Virus record (IMG/VR): IMGVR_UViG_3300017650_000009 | From: a virus | Lineage: Duplodnaviria > Heunggongvirae > Uroviricota > Caudoviricetes | Strand: one strand, 5' to 3' | DNA length: 64,000 bases | In this document: positions 38,082 through 47,670 of the stretch, in pieces | How the letters are laid out: each line of letters opens with the position of its first letter | How positions within the stretch are numbered: the first letter of the stretch is position 1 | Translations under genes and position numbers: made by a program | Notes under the pieces: model-generated | The model's database searches: none | The model's input: the letters and a program-made list of their open reading frames with translations, nothing else | What the model was told of the DNA's origin: nothing

Positions 38082-38823
38082 TGAAGGATTGAGAAAAAAC
38101 GACCTAAGTGATCTGGTTCTCCCATTAATCAGCATTGATGAGTTTGAAAGTAAAGTTTCCGAAGATGCGATTGTAGTTGGTTTCTTTGTCAAAGATAATG
38201 AGCCAGCAAATGATCTAAACCGTTTCATTCAGAAATCACCAGTATCACTATTAGATACAGAAGTAAGCCCTGCTCCAAACGAAGATGGCTACTTCTTAGT
38301 GTTCGTTGAATTCCTAAGAGATGAACAGTTCTTTTCAAAACTCCAAACAATTATCAATGAAGTTAATAATTTGGTTGATATCGATTCTGATGGATGGTCA
38401 TTTACTTGCTATGGTCATGAAGGTCAATTTGATCTTACTGAAGAAAAGGTACATGTGTTGATTCGTACTGAGCCACTCGAGGTTCTAATTGCACGAGCAC
38501 AAGCTGAGACTCAAGATGCTGTTATGGGTTTTCTCAGCAATAGTGATTTGGATGATGTGGTGATTGTCGGTGAAGACATTGTAATGCGCCGTAGCTCGAT
38601 GATGTTCGAAGCTGAAATACTAAGCTACGGCACGAATGCATTGGAACAGGGAAGTCTAGTTGAATCCGTCATGCGTTTGGATCCCAATTCAATCAGAGAA
38701 TGTCGTGAAATTCGTTCCATGCTAGGAATGCAATGGGACGTCACAAAATTTAATGAAACATTTGTGCTAACGAACACTGATCAAGAAGAAATGCTTTGCT
38801 TGAATATCAAGTCCACAAACTAG
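38071..38823 (+). CDS. late hypothetical protein
   Basis: MKLNEGLR...IDEFESK...DL.RFI.K...VFVE. Confidence 0.75.
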   Translation: MKLNEGLRKNDLSDLVLPLISIDEFESKVSEDAIVVGFFVKDNEPANDLNRFIQKSPVSLLDTEVSPAPNEDGYFLVFVEFLRDEQFFSKLQTIINEVNNLVDIDSDGWSFTCYGHEGQFDLTEEKVHVLIRTEPLEVLIARAQAETQDAVMGFLSNSDLDDVVIVGEDIVMRRSSMMFEAEILSYGTNALEQGSLVESVMRLDPNSIRECREIRSMLGMQWDVTKFNETFVLTNTDQEEMLCLNIKSTN

Positions 38824-39559
38824 GACGAATAGCCATAAGACGCAACAGCATCTGTTGCGTCTCTTGCTCATAAAACGGTGTTATATCCGTAAGTTCTGAG
38901 ATATTGTGTCGAGCGCTTATGGTGTTCTCGATCCCCTTCCATTCAAAGATCTTCTCAGCCATTTCCGAACTGATTGCATATTCGGATAGTTTTTCACGAG
39001 GCAAATATACTTCAGTGAACCATCCATATAAGGTGAGTATTTCGAGTTCATTTAACGTGTAGGGATCAGTTTCATCCACCTTTGGATTTGCTTCTAGATG
39101 ACGAAGCAATTGTTTGGCAATATCTGGATATCGACGATTCAGTTTGATCTTGCGACCTTCGAAAATTTCAGGAAACCGATATGTTTCGATATCATATATG
39201 AATTCGGTTTCGACAAAATTCACCAATGAACTGAAACAAGCATAAAACAGGATTGTGTCAGTGTCATGGTGAAAATGTTTGGCTAGTTCGGGTATGCGAA
39301 CTACTTTTGGCCGATGCAAATATTCATACCTGAACTCACTAATATGTTCGGTAATTTTATAACGAATGTTATTGTATTTGATTAGAGCATCGCCAACCTT
39401 CGATAGCAACCGAACGTATTTGGGATGAGCATCGACGAAGTTGGAAACATCCAAGTCAAGTGTTGCAAGCATGACTTTAGAGCCCGATGAATCGATTAAT
39501 CCGATCCGATAGTACCTTAGATATTGCTTGCTAACTGACCACAGATGTTTCATTTCCAA
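38807..39559 (-). CDS. hypothetical protein
   Basis: 250-aa ORF coupled to the CYTH gene. Confidence 0.7.
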   Translation of the reverse strand: MEMKHLWSVSKQYLRYYRIGLIDSSGSKVMLATLDLDVSNFVDAHPKYVRLLSKVGDALIKYNNIRYKITEHISEFRYEYLHRPKVVRIPELAKHFHHDTDTILFYACFSSLVNFVETEFIYDIETYRFPEIFEGRKIKLNRRYPDIAKQLLRHLEANPKVDETDPYTLNELEILTLYGWFTEVYLPREKLSEYAISSEMAEKIFEWKGIENTISARHNISELTDITPFYEQETQQMLLRLMAIRPSLWT

Positions 39560-40101
39560 ACCCTTATGAGATCCTTATGCGTTTCTATCGCGGTACTTGC
39601 ATAGGTTGGGTCCGAAAGTTTGAAATTACTAAACCAAGTTGAATGCTCATGTGGAACTTCGTACTGGATGAAATCCCTAAGGATTTTTGGTACCTCGATT
39701 TTCAAACCTTCAGGCTGCTCACACTCAGCAAGTGCAAAGTATTGCTTACCTTTACGTGATTCTCGAAGAAAGTCAATGTCCCATTGACCATGTTTCTGTG
39801 GAATACTGAAACGAGTCTTGTGTAGTTCACTAATATTTTCACCCAACAAAACAAGTTCAAAATCCTCACGCGATACAACAGATTCTACTTCTAGAATCTT
39901 GCCAAGAATCTTTTTCTTGAACGTGTGGACATATACGTTGGATGTCTTCTTTCCTTGACGAATTGTGATACGTCGGAAACGATTGTTCTTAGTACAGTAA
40001 ACTTGATGAATTGTTTGGCGATCATATTTCTTTTCCAAAGCTTCTTGAAGCTCGGAATTATCCTCGTTCAAAATAAATTTATATTCATGTTCTATCGGCA
40101 T
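39550..40101 (-). CDS. CYTH-domain (triphosphate tunnel metalloenzyme) protein
   Basis: EHEYKF (ExExK), R.R, KTR, WDIDF, AECE. Confidence 0.8.
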   Translation of the reverse strand: MPIEHEYKFILNEDNSELQEALEKKYDRQTIHQVYCTKNNRFRRITIRQGKKTSNVYVHTFKKKILGKILEVESVVSREDFELVLLGENISELHKTRFSIPQKHGQWDIDFLRESRKGKQYFALAECEQPEGLKIEVPKILRDFIQYEVPHEHSTWFSNFKLSDPTYASTAIETHKDLIRVWK

Positions 40102-40432
40102 CGACGTTTCCTAAAAGTTCTTCAAATCCATGAAGTTTTGCCATAACAATGAATTTCTTCCAAGCATCTTCGACGGCGGGTGTTTCTTCTGCTTGGATAC
40201 GGATGATTTGTAAAGATGCTCCAATAATAAAGGCATCCCGGAGAACCTTTCGATTCTCTTCCAGGTTCGGGTTACTTGGGAGTAATGCATGATCGAGACC
40301 GAGAAAACGAATGGTTTCCTTTAGACTTCTTACTTCGTCACGGAAGAAGTTCATTTCTTGTTTAAGAAAATCACGCTCGTTTTCCAACAATGCTATTTGT
40401 GATTCAAGCTGTTCAAGTTTGTACTCAGTCAT
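40085..40432 (-). CDS. coiled-coil protein with C-terminal P...DAW...KL helix
   Basis: ETPAVEDAWKKFIVMAKL; paralog of the upstream gene. Confidence 0.7.
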   Translation of the reverse strand: MTEYKLEQLESQIALLENERDFLKQEMNFFRDEVRSLKETIRFLGLDHALLPSNPNLEENRKVLRDAFIIGASLQIIRIQAEETPAVEDAWKKFIVMAKLHGFEELLGNVDADRT

Positions 40433-40787
40433 TGGATCCATCCTGCCCACATAAACGTAATGCAGCCATGTATCGGTTCCATGCATCCGCTATCATTGGA
40501 TTCTCTTTGTTGGCTTTTTCCATAATTTCGAGGTGAGTTCCACGCTCAAGTCTCATTCGGACTTCAACAATTTTATCAATATCATAATTGAGAGTTCCGT
40601 CTGAATTACGGAGGCCAACTTCTTCAAGGACATTACCCGCAGTTGCAATATGCAACCGTGCATCCGATAGTTGTTCCTCAAGACTTGTAATTCGTTCGAG
40701 CAAAGCCAAGCGTTGATTTTCGGCTGCTTCTAGCTGGAATTCTAAACCAACGATATGGTTCTCCGCAGCAATGAGTTTTCGGTCCAT
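40425..40787 (-). CDS. coiled-coil protein with C-terminal P...DAW...RL helix
   Basis: ENPMIADAWNRYMAALRL; AAGGA RBS right after the tRNA. Confidence 0.7.
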   Translation of the reverse strand: MDRKLIAAENHIVGLEFQLEAAENQRLALLERITSLEEQLSDARLHIATAGNVLEEVGLRNSDGTLNYDIDKIVEVRMRLERGTHLEIMEKANKENPMIADAWNRYMAALRLCGQDGSND

Positions 40788-40801
40788 GTTATTGTCCTTG
40801 T

Positions 40802-40885
40802 TGGTGCGGCTGGTCAGACTCGAACTGACACTCCTTGCGGAACCGGATTTTGAGTCCGGCGCGTCTACCATTTCACCACAACCGC
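40802..40885 (-). tRNA. tRNA-Leu(CAA)
   Basis: GCGGTTG...TGGTAGAC...CCGGA-CTCAAAA-TCCGG, long variable arm, GTTCGAGTC, encoded CCA. Confidence 0.93.
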
Positions 40886-40926
40886 ATTACAAGTTTTATA
40901 ACAGGCTACGCATTGGAATGCAATAT

Positions 40927-41334
40927 TTATGGCATCTGTAGTTTATAAAGAAGGTAATCTTCTTTACGTTCAAAGCAAACATGCAATAGAATGTTATACG
41001 TAGGGGTTGATAATATTATGGATTCTTCCGTTGCCAGGGCTGGTATAGTTTGGAGTATAAAATGCCAGCGATTACCCTCTGGACCTAAATTGTTTTCAAG
41101 CCAATCCATTAGCTCGTTGACACTAGCAGAGACTTGTTTATTAACAATATCATACCGTTTGCCCGATTTATCACGCCGGGTCTGATCGGTCCATGAAGCA
41201 TGGTATATCTTGCGAGATATTATAACAGAAATGGGCCTTTCGACCCAATTCTCTCCAACCCATATTTTGATCGGGATTGGATCACCACAGCGATCAACTC
41301 TATCAGTCACTATTAGGTCGGTTGTCATATTCAT
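40927..41334 (-). CDS. F...D...KL family protein
   Basis: WLENNLG..G.RW...CFERKEDYLLYKL. Confidence 0.75.
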   Translation of the reverse strand: MNMTTDLIVTDRVDRCGDPIPIKIWVGENWVERPISVIISRKIYHASWTDQTRRDKSGKRYDIVNKQVSASVNELMDWLENNLGPEGNRWHFILQTIPALATEESIILSTPTYNILLHVCFERKEDYLLYKLQMP

Positions 41335-41686
41335 CAGCCATATCTCGCAAACGAATACGAGCCGCCCGCAAGCATACCAGCTGACGTTGATCACGTCTTC
41401 CCTGGTGATCTCGATTACCACGGCGAGAACGTTTTGCAGCCTTAAGTCGTTTGAGAACTTCTTTGATTCGCCAATCAATGGAATAGAATGCCTGGTGCCG
41501 GAAGCCCTTTGTCTTACAGTTGGGATCCGTTGTATTTCCGTAATCATAACGGAAACAGCCTTCAAAAACAAGCAGAGCCAAGTTATTGAAATAACGAGCC
41601 TGTGATTTATTTCGTTCCCAATAGTAATAGATGTCGTTGGTGAACGCAGCCAGTGTCTTTTTCAGTTTAGGTTTTTTACTCATCAC
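41303..41686 (-). CDS. basic hypothetical protein
   Basis: AAGGAGG RBS; TTGACA-16-TATATT promoter upstream. Confidence 0.7.
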   Translation of the reverse strand: MMSKKPKLKKTLAAFTNDIYYYWERNKSQARYFNNLALLVFEGCFRYDYGNTTDPNCKTKGFRHQAFYSIDWRIKEVLKRLKAAKRSRRGNRDHQGRRDQRQLVCLRAARIRLRDMADEYDNRPNSD

Positions 41687-41726
41687 GGACCTCCTTTAGC
41701 CAAATATAACACAGGCTACTCATATG

Positions 41727-41945
41727 TCAACATTCGGTACCATCGAACAACAGTTTAATCATCAAAGCATAATCTCGATCTTTGAATTGAATAAACCGGT
41801 ACAAACCGCTGAAGATAACATCTTGCTTGCGACCTTCAGAAAAAATATGTTTGAGTACCATTGTGATTTGATTGTTGAAATGCAAACGATACGGATAACT
41901 ATGTTTGCCGCCGACAAATTCATATTTTATATCGTATGTTACCAT
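41727..41945 (-). CDS. F...A...KL family protein
   Basis: IQFKDRDYALMIKLLF. Confidence 0.6.
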   Translation of the reverse strand: MVTYDIKYEFVGGKHSYPYRLHFNNQITMVLKHIFSEGRKQDVIFSGLYRFIQFKDRDYALMIKLLFDGTEC

Positions 41946-42289
41946 AAAATCATAGCCCTACTACGTGTCGCTGAATTACGAAAAAAGATAGTCTTGTCGA
42001 CCTCGTCATAATACCACATGATGATACCATCTGGATCTATTTGTTCTATCTGAAATCTTATCTCTTCAAGCCAACGGTTGAACAATCGCTCGAAGGTGGT
42101 GTCGAAAAACCAATGTGATAGATTGGAGTCATCAATTGCCCGAAATACAACTTCTTCGAATATCGCATCCAGATAATAATCTTCTCCTAATGCATCGGTA
42201 AACCGGCATTGTTTGAAAAGCAAAGTGTGTTTATTGTCCAGATACTCATACATGGGCATAAAATATACAGGTCTTTCGTGCCGTGTCAA
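41939..42289 (-). CDS. divergent family member
   Basis: WLEEI...W...IFFRNSATRSRAMILW. Confidence 0.55.
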   Translation of the reverse strand: MTRHERPVYFMPMYEYLDNKHTLLFKQCRFTDALGEDYYLDAIFEEVVFRAIDDSNLSHWFFDTTFERLFNRWLEEIRFQIEQIDPDGIIMWYYDEVDKTIFFRNSATRSRAMILW

Positions 42290-42330
42290 ACAATAATTTT
42301 GACTTAGGAACGCATTCCTGTTATTTTTAT

Positions 42331-42366
42331 AATCATAATCATAATAATAATAATAATAAGAAAAAC
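42331..42366 (+). repeat. (A/C)AN triplet tract in the clpP leader
   Basis: AATCATAATCATAATAATAATAATAATAAGAAAAAC. Confidence 0.7.
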
Positions 42367-42379
42367 GGGGAGAATTCCT

Positions 42380-43021
42380 TTGAATCCAAATGTGCCTACC
42401 TTTGTGCCCACGGTCCCGACGTTTAGTCTCACAGAACCCTCTCTTGCTGTTAAGGCAGCACCGGAGGCTAATACGACTTCCACGTCGCCGAGTCTTAAGG
42501 ACAAAGGTATTCTATTCATTAGCGATATTATCAATAGTAATGTCGCACAAAACGTTGTGAGTTGGATCCTCGAAGCAAACATGGATACCGAACGCAAGTA
42601 CGATCACCTGACTTTGATCATTAACAGTCCGGGTGGTGAAATGCCTAGTGCCTTTGCAATCATCGATACTATTGCCGGTTCACGTATTCCAGTCCACACA
42701 GTCGGGTTGGGTCAGATTAGCTCTTGTGGTTTTCTCATATTCATCAGTGGTGCAAAGGGTTATCGAATTCTTACACCGAATACCACAATCCTTTCACATC
42801 AATGGTTCTGGGGCAACGTCGGTAAGGCGCATGAACTACTTGGTGTAACAAAGCAGTACAACTTTATCAATGAGCGTATGGAAGCTCATTATGTGCGCCA
42901 TACGGGATTGGATATCGAAACAATTCGTACTCGTTTACTTCCACCAACCGACACATGGCTCAGTGCTGACGAAGCAAAGGAAATGGGCATTTGTGACGAA
43001 ATCAGATTAGTGAGTGCATAA
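42380..43021 (+). CDS. clpP: ClpP protease proteolytic subunit
   Basis: INSPGG, AIIDTI, GQISSCG (Ser), HQ (His), DTWLSA.EA...G..D. Confidence 0.88.
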   Translation: MNPNVPTFVPTVPTFSLTEPSLAVKAAPEANTTSTSPSLKDKGILFISDIINSNVAQNVVSWILEANMDTERKYDHLTLIINSPGGEMPSAFAIIDTIAGSRIPVHTVGLGQISSCGFLIFISGAKGYRILTPNTTILSHQWFWGNVGKAHELLGVTKQYNFINERMEAHYVRHTGLDIETIRTRLLPPTDTWLSADEAKEMGICDEIRLVSA

Positions 43022-43431
43022 TGCGTTATGTCGCGGGATTAATGTATTCGGAAGACCTTTCGAAGGTCGCAATGGTATTAAAGAACCGCCCCGAATGGCA
43101 AGCTGGAAAGTTTAATGCAATCGGGGGTAAAATCGAGCATGATGAAGATCCCGCGGCAGCAATGGTGCGTGAGTTTCGTGAAGAAACAGGTGTGCAAACG
43201 AGCCAACATGATTGGGAGTTTTTCACCAACCTTCAAGGACCTTGGGGATCTGTTATGTTCTTCCTAATGCGCGATGATCGTGTATTTGAAGTTAAGACAA
43301 TGGAAGATGAAGAGATACATATTATAGGTGTGCGGGATTTGCCACATAATATTATTGGTAATCTACGTTGGATAATACCAATGAGCTTGGACTCAGCTGT
43401 AATTCCACCACTTTCCATAAAATGCGTATAA
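43021..43431 (+). CDS. Nudix hydrolase
   Basis: GGKIE..E...AAMVREFREETG Nudix box. Confidence 0.9.
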   Translation: MRYVAGLMYSEDLSKVAMVLKNRPEWQAGKFNAIGGKIEHDEDPAAAMVREFREETGVQTSQHDWEFFTNLQGPWGSVMFFLMRDDRVFEVKTMEDEEIHIIGVRDLPHNIIGNLRWIIPMSLDSAVIPPLSIKCV

Positions 43432-43470
43432 ATAGGGTTATAAATTTTAACCCCAAATAGAGACAATACT

Positions 43471-43689
43471 TTGGCTAAAGAAGAATCCATTAAGTTTACG
43501 GGAACAGTCCTTGAGGTTCTCCCGAATACAACGTTTCGTGTAGAACTCCAGAACGGTGCTCGTTTGCTCGCGCACATTTCGGGGAAAATGCGTAAGAACA
43601 ATATCAATATTTTGTTAAATGATAAGGTTGATGTGGAAGTGTCCCCTTATGATATCACTAAGGGACGCATTGTTTATCGTTACAAATAA
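43471..43689 (+). CDS. infA: translation initiation factor IF-1
   Basis: MAKEE.I...G.V.E.LPN..FRV.L.NG...[29 protein letters not shown]; TATAAATA at 43427. Confidence 0.95.
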   Translation: MAKEESIKFTGTVLEVLPNTTFRVELQNGARLLAHISGKMRKNNINILLNDKVDVEVSPYDITKGRIVYRYK

Positions 43690-44096
43690 GACAACGATAA
43701 CTTGAGTATCATCAAATCACGTTCAGTTCTAGCGATAGCAACATTTGGGTGTGCTATCGCTAGATTTTTGTTTGAGTTGATTAGAGTTATATCATCATCG
43801 GTAAACCGATCATGCACCTGATATTTGACCGGGAACAAATACCAATAGTTAAACAGAGACATTTTGAGCCAGCGTTGTCTCTTATTGGATAGCCTGCAAA
43901 TATACTCGTAAAAGCAAAGCAAACCAATAAACGATGTGATTCCAGCAAGTGTCCCCAATCGGTACCAAAACATGGTTGCTGGTAAACTCAATTGTATGAG
44001 CATCAAATAATAAGTAGTTCGATACTCGGAGATACGACGAGAAGCTTCTGCAAGATATGCCGCTCTTAATGCACGGCCATCCATACTAACACCCAT
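43680..44096 (-). CDS. 2-TM membrane member of the KL family
   Basis: two hydrophobic segments; ends [11 protein letters not shown]. Confidence 0.7.
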   Translation of the reverse strand: MGVSMDGRALRAAYLAEASRRISEYRTTYYLMLIQLSLPATMFWYRLGTLAGITSFIGLLCFYEYICRLSNKRQRWLKMSLFNYWYLFPVKYQVHDRFTDDDITLINSNKNLAIAHPNVAIARTERDLMILKLSLSYL

Positions 44097-44105
44097 TGAA
44101 CTCTC

Positions 44106-44576
44106 CTATATTGTAAGTCTAGCTTCAACCGCTTGCTTTTGTGATCTGAAGAGCGCTATTAGCACCCATTTGCGATGGGTAATTTTGCTTGGGTCTGGCA
44201 AATATATGTTGGTACCATACGAATCAAGCAGTTCGTAAAGAGCTCTTTTATATGCATCAGTTGTATCAAATTCGATTATTACGAGTATAGGCTTACGCAA
44301 GTAGGCCCACCAATGTTTGAATACATTGAATCGTGAATTATTATGTCCACGAATAGAAACGTACCAAAATGCAATATATGAGCATAAGAGCGTACAAAGC
44401 AAGAAGAAAGAGGCAACATGCCGTTCAATTGTCAAATCAGTTGCGGTTACAACTACATGTGTAGTAAAACCAACGAGCATCGTGAGGACAATCAATACCG
44501 CCAAGAAGAACCCCGCCTTACGTCGAAGTTCAGCAATTTCGTATTTTAGTCTTACTTCGAATCGCTTGCTAATCAT
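44106..44576 (-). CDS. 2-TM membrane member of the RL family
   Basis: two TM segments; ends LFRSQKQAVEARLTI. Confidence 0.7.
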   Translation of the reverse strand: MISKRFEVRLKYEIAELRRKAGFFLAVLIVLTMLVGFTTHVVVTATDLTIERHVASFFLLCTLLCSYIAFWYVSIRGHNNSRFNVFKHWWAYLRKPILVIIEFDTTDAYKRALYELLDSYGTNIYLPDPSKITHRKWVLIALFRSQKQAVEARLTI

Positions 44577-44815
44577 CCAAAAATCAACCTACACTGGATT
44601 GCAGTTGCACGATCCTTGAATTGCAACCAACGTTCGCCCGTGTATTCGTCATATTTGAGCTCGTATTTGCCCTTATACGGATAGAGCCATGTTTCAAGCT
44701 CTTGATCCCAAACCACCGGATAACGTTCCTGATAATCAATTCGGATTAAACCAGTACGAACAAAAACACGAAGATCATCGCGTTTCTTGAACCATGCTTT
44801 AAATTTATCAAACAT
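44573..44815 (-). CDS. F...A...RL family protein
   Basis: ETWL...LQFKDRATAIQCRLIFG. Confidence 0.7.
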   Translation of the reverse strand: MFDKFKAWFKKRDDLRVFVRTGLIRIDYQERYPVVWDQELETWLYPYKGKYELKYDEYTGERWLQFKDRATAIQCRLIFG

Positions 44816-44817
44816 AT

Positions 44818-45231
44818 CTACTCCAGCATTAATCGGACTATTGCAGCATCACCTGGACGTCGAAACACAAAAACAGTATCAGCATGTGTTTGATACGCCA
44901 CATACATTCGATCTGGTCCGATGGATTCCTTAATCCAATCCGAAACATCGGAATGTCCATACCCCACATATATCGCTGTCCCACATCGAAGCTTCCATAG
45001 GTTTCGGAAATCACGTTCCAATTTGTTCCAGAACGTATATCCAATCATAAAGAAAGCAAGAGTATGACCGATGAATATTCCAATTAAATTAATTGAAAGA
45101 TCACCGAAAATATTGGCCATAACAAACAACACGTCGAGCAGAAGCAAACATATCACACCACCGGCGATGAACCGATATGTGCGAATGTTTTCATCGATGG
45201 TTATTTGCCATTCTTCAGTGGTTTTGTTCAT
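44818..45231 (-). CDS. 2-TM membrane member of the RL family
   Basis: WIKESIG...FVFRRPGDAAIVRLML. Confidence 0.72.
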   Translation of the reverse strand: MNKTTEEWQITIDENIRTYRFIAGGVICLLLLDVLFVMANIFGDLSINLIGIFIGHTLAFFMIGYTFWNKLERDFRNLWKLRCGTAIYVGYGHSDVSDWIKESIGPDRMYVAYQTHADTVFVFRRPGDAAIVRLMLE

Positions 45232-45701
45232 ATAACCAACCTAAATGCAACTGCCTTTTTATTATCACGAATCAAATGCAGGGTGTGGTTATTCAATACA
45301 CGATGTGTTCGGGGATGAAACATTTCCGTTGGTTCGAAATAATTTCGTACTTTATCGGAGAATTCAATCGCATCCCTTACACTTTCGTGCTCATATGCGA
45401 GAACAGTATAGTTGCCCCAAAGCACCCAGAACTGTCCTATAAAATCTAATTTTTCATATGAATCGCCACGAACCACCCGATATAGCAGACGACAACCAAA
45501 TCCAACAAATCCCAAACAACCCAATAGTGGTAAAATCATGTTCATGTTGGAATCAATAATTTGCAGACTCCAATATACGAATACGCCGAGCCCAATACAA
45601 ATCATAAGAACCGTGCACATGAGCATAAAGAACATGTGACGTAAATCACCCAGTGTCATTTCGAGTACGAATTTACAATCGTCGTCCGCTAGTGGTTTCA
45701 T
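45228..45701 (-). CDS. 2-TM membrane member of the RL family
   Basis: two TM segments; ends IRDNKKAVAFRLVI. Confidence 0.7.
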   Translation of the reverse strand: MKPLADDDCKFVLEMTLGDLRHMFFMLMCTVLMICIGLGVFVYWSLQIIDSNMNMILPLLGCLGFVGFGCRLLYRVVRGDSYEKLDFIGQFWVLWGNYTVLAYEHESVRDAIEFSDKVRNYFEPTEMFHPRTHRVLNNHTLHLIRDNKKAVAFRLVI

Positions 45702-46138
45702 CCGAACACCAATTTACAAAGCATCGTATCTTTTGCCTTTTTGAAGATGATTGCATTGGAAATCCAAAACGATCCACTATATGTGGATACGGGAAGCATG
45801 TTATGCTCAGTAGCAGTTTCCTCACGGTTCGTATAAACTAGCAGCGAACGAAACTTTGTTATATTTTGCTCATCTAGCCAAGGTACAACCGTGTCGCGAT
45901 GATAACGGTTGATAAGATCGACAACATAATGGCCAACATTTGGAATATATGGGGCATTTGGATTGGCCTGTTCAAAGGCTTCCCTGATTTCCGTATTGCT
46001 GATGATAACCGTACGGGCTTGATTCAACGTGTTGATCGGAGTATATGAGTGATTAGCTCCGGTAGCAAATGGTGTTTCACGGCCATAATCGGAAACACCA
46101 TTGCTATACTTCTGTTCAAATGCTTTAGCTCTCGACAT
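45698..46138 (-). CDS. F...D...KL family protein
   Basis: PWLDEQ...IIFKKAKDTMLCKLVFG. Confidence 0.72.
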   Translation of the reverse strand: MSRAKAFEQKYSNGVSDYGRETPFATGANHSYTPINTLNQARTVIISNTEIREAFEQANPNAPYIPNVGHYVVDLINRYHRDTVVPWLDEQNITKFRSLLVYTNREETATEHNMLPVSTYSGSFWISNAIIFKKAKDTMLCKLVFG

Positions 46139-47038
46139 TTAACCCTCTAGTGCGCGTTCCATTTCCTCTACAGTGTACTCGTTACGAGCAGCACTTCTTC
46201 CGAGAGCTTCGAGGAACCTTACTTTGAGATCGTCGTACTCTTCAGGAAATAATTCCTTTAACTTGTGCACGACTTTTTCGAATGTGTCAACATCACTTGG
46301 TGAAGTTTCTGTACCAAAAAGCACTGACAGCACAACCGTTGGGTTGGTCAGATAACCATGTCTGGGAAGTCTTGGACAATCCGGGAAACGTGTTTCGACT
46401 TCATCCGCACTAACTATTGCAACACCTTGTCCAACACGTTTCTGCATTTTCCATTTGCGATGCAATCCCTTCTCCAAGTCGAAATGCCAGCCAACACGAG
46501 CCAAGCGTGGTTTCTCTGGATCGCCATCAACAAAGCATTCGTAGTCTTTCAGACGTTTTGCGAGTACACCAAACATGGTGCTCATAAACACACCCTTCCA
46601 CGGACTGTTATCCTTGCCCGGACTAAAGTGACTGAACTTCAACCATTCTGGATCACCCGCAAGAAAGTCACACTGAACATAACCCAAACTTGCATCACCA
46701 CAAACAGGCCATGCACTCTGGAATTGACCTCCATTGAGCGTCTTTGTGCTCATCTGTTCATCCGGAAGTAACTCACGCATACGACGAGCAAATGCACGAA
46801 GATCGAACACTGGAAGCTCGGGTTCACCGACAAAGCGAGCAACTTTGGTGTTCATGGCGAAATCCAAATCACCCGAATCGTCTTGCTTTCCTGCGGACCC
46901 CATCATATTATCCCAAGCGTATTCAAATGTGAATCCCGGATAATTCATCTGCTCACATACGAAACGAACAGTTGGTTCCAACTGTTCTCGTTTTATACGT
47001 CTCAGATCTAACCGGGGGAATGCATTCCCGCCCATCAT
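46139..47038 (-). CDS. Pol-beta superfamily nucleotidyltransferase
   Basis: MGGNAF...GSAGK..DSGDLDF...QCDF (hGS...DxD...D). Confidence 0.75.
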   Translation of the reverse strand: MMGGNAFPRLDLRRIKREQLEPTVRFVCEQMNYPGFTFEYAWDNMMGSAGKQDDSGDLDFAMNTKVARFVGEPELPVFDLRAFARRMRELLPDEQMSTKTLNGGQFQSAWPVCGDASLGYVQCDFLAGDPEWLKFSHFSPGKDNSPWKGVFMSTMFGVLAKRLKDYECFVDGDPEKPRLARVGWHFDLEKGLHRKWKMQKRVGQGVAIVSADEVETRFPDCPRLPRHGYLTNPTVVLSVLFGTETSPSDVDTFEKVVHKLKELFPEEYDDLKVRFLEALGRSAARNEYTVEEMERALEG

Positions 47039-47039
47039 A

Positions 47040-47324
47040 TTATTCCTTCTGCTCGATCTCTATTATATCCATTTTATTAGTCGCATGGTAAAACAAAATA
47101 AATGGAACCCATGCAAGCGTAAGCCTTTGGATACGAGTGCGTGTTGCCGTTTCGTCCAATTTACGGCGCCTAACTCTCTTGGACACTTTCCAGCCGAAAA
47201 ACGGCAACACGACCCATCTGTGTTTCCATCGTGGATCAAATCCGCGGGATAAGCGTAGAAAACCAGCACCAGTGTTGGTTGACCAAATAACGCCGAAACC
47301 ATGTCTTTCAAGTTTCTTTATCAT
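47040..47324 (-). CDS. hypothetical protein
   Basis: GGAG RBS; TTGACA-16-TAGGGT promoter. Confidence 0.6.
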   Translation of the reverse strand: MIKKLERHGFGVIWSTNTGAGFLRLSRGFDPRWKHRWVVLPFFGWKVSKRVRRRKLDETATRTRIQRLTLAWVPFILFYHATNKMDIIEIEQKE

Positions 47325-47376
47325 TTACTTTCTCCCTTCGAATTTACCCTAACACACTACCTATTTGTGTCAAGCA

Positions 47377-47670
47377 CTAAAGGAGCATACGAAGCAAAAC
47401 AGCTTGATTGGTACTCAAGTTTATTTCGATAATTGAACTACTGGCTTCAGTTTTACGAATTGTCTTATGACATGCCGCCCAGAATTCAGTACTAATATCG
47501 GCGGTATCCAGGAAATTAATGAACTCCTTCCGTATGACATAACTGTTATACGGAGTTGTATTCATTGTGAAAAACCGTGCATCATTAACTAGTTCATAGA
47601 ATCTGAATGACCATGTCCAGTTAGACTGATCCACTTGTGTTAGCTTGAAGGAATTGTGTAAATCGCTCAT
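47377..47670 (-). CDS. divergent family member
   Basis: ends NLSTNQAVLLRMLL. Confidence 0.55.
   Translation of the reverse strand: MSDLHNSFKLTQVDQSNWTWSFRFYELVNDARFFTMNTTPYNSYVIRKEFINFLDTADISTEFWAACHKTIRKTEASSSIIEINLSTNQAVLLRMLL

Noticed and set aside
40788-40871. N-terminal extension of ORF 40425..40871
   Set aside because: It is the tRNA sequence; the real start is ATG 40787.
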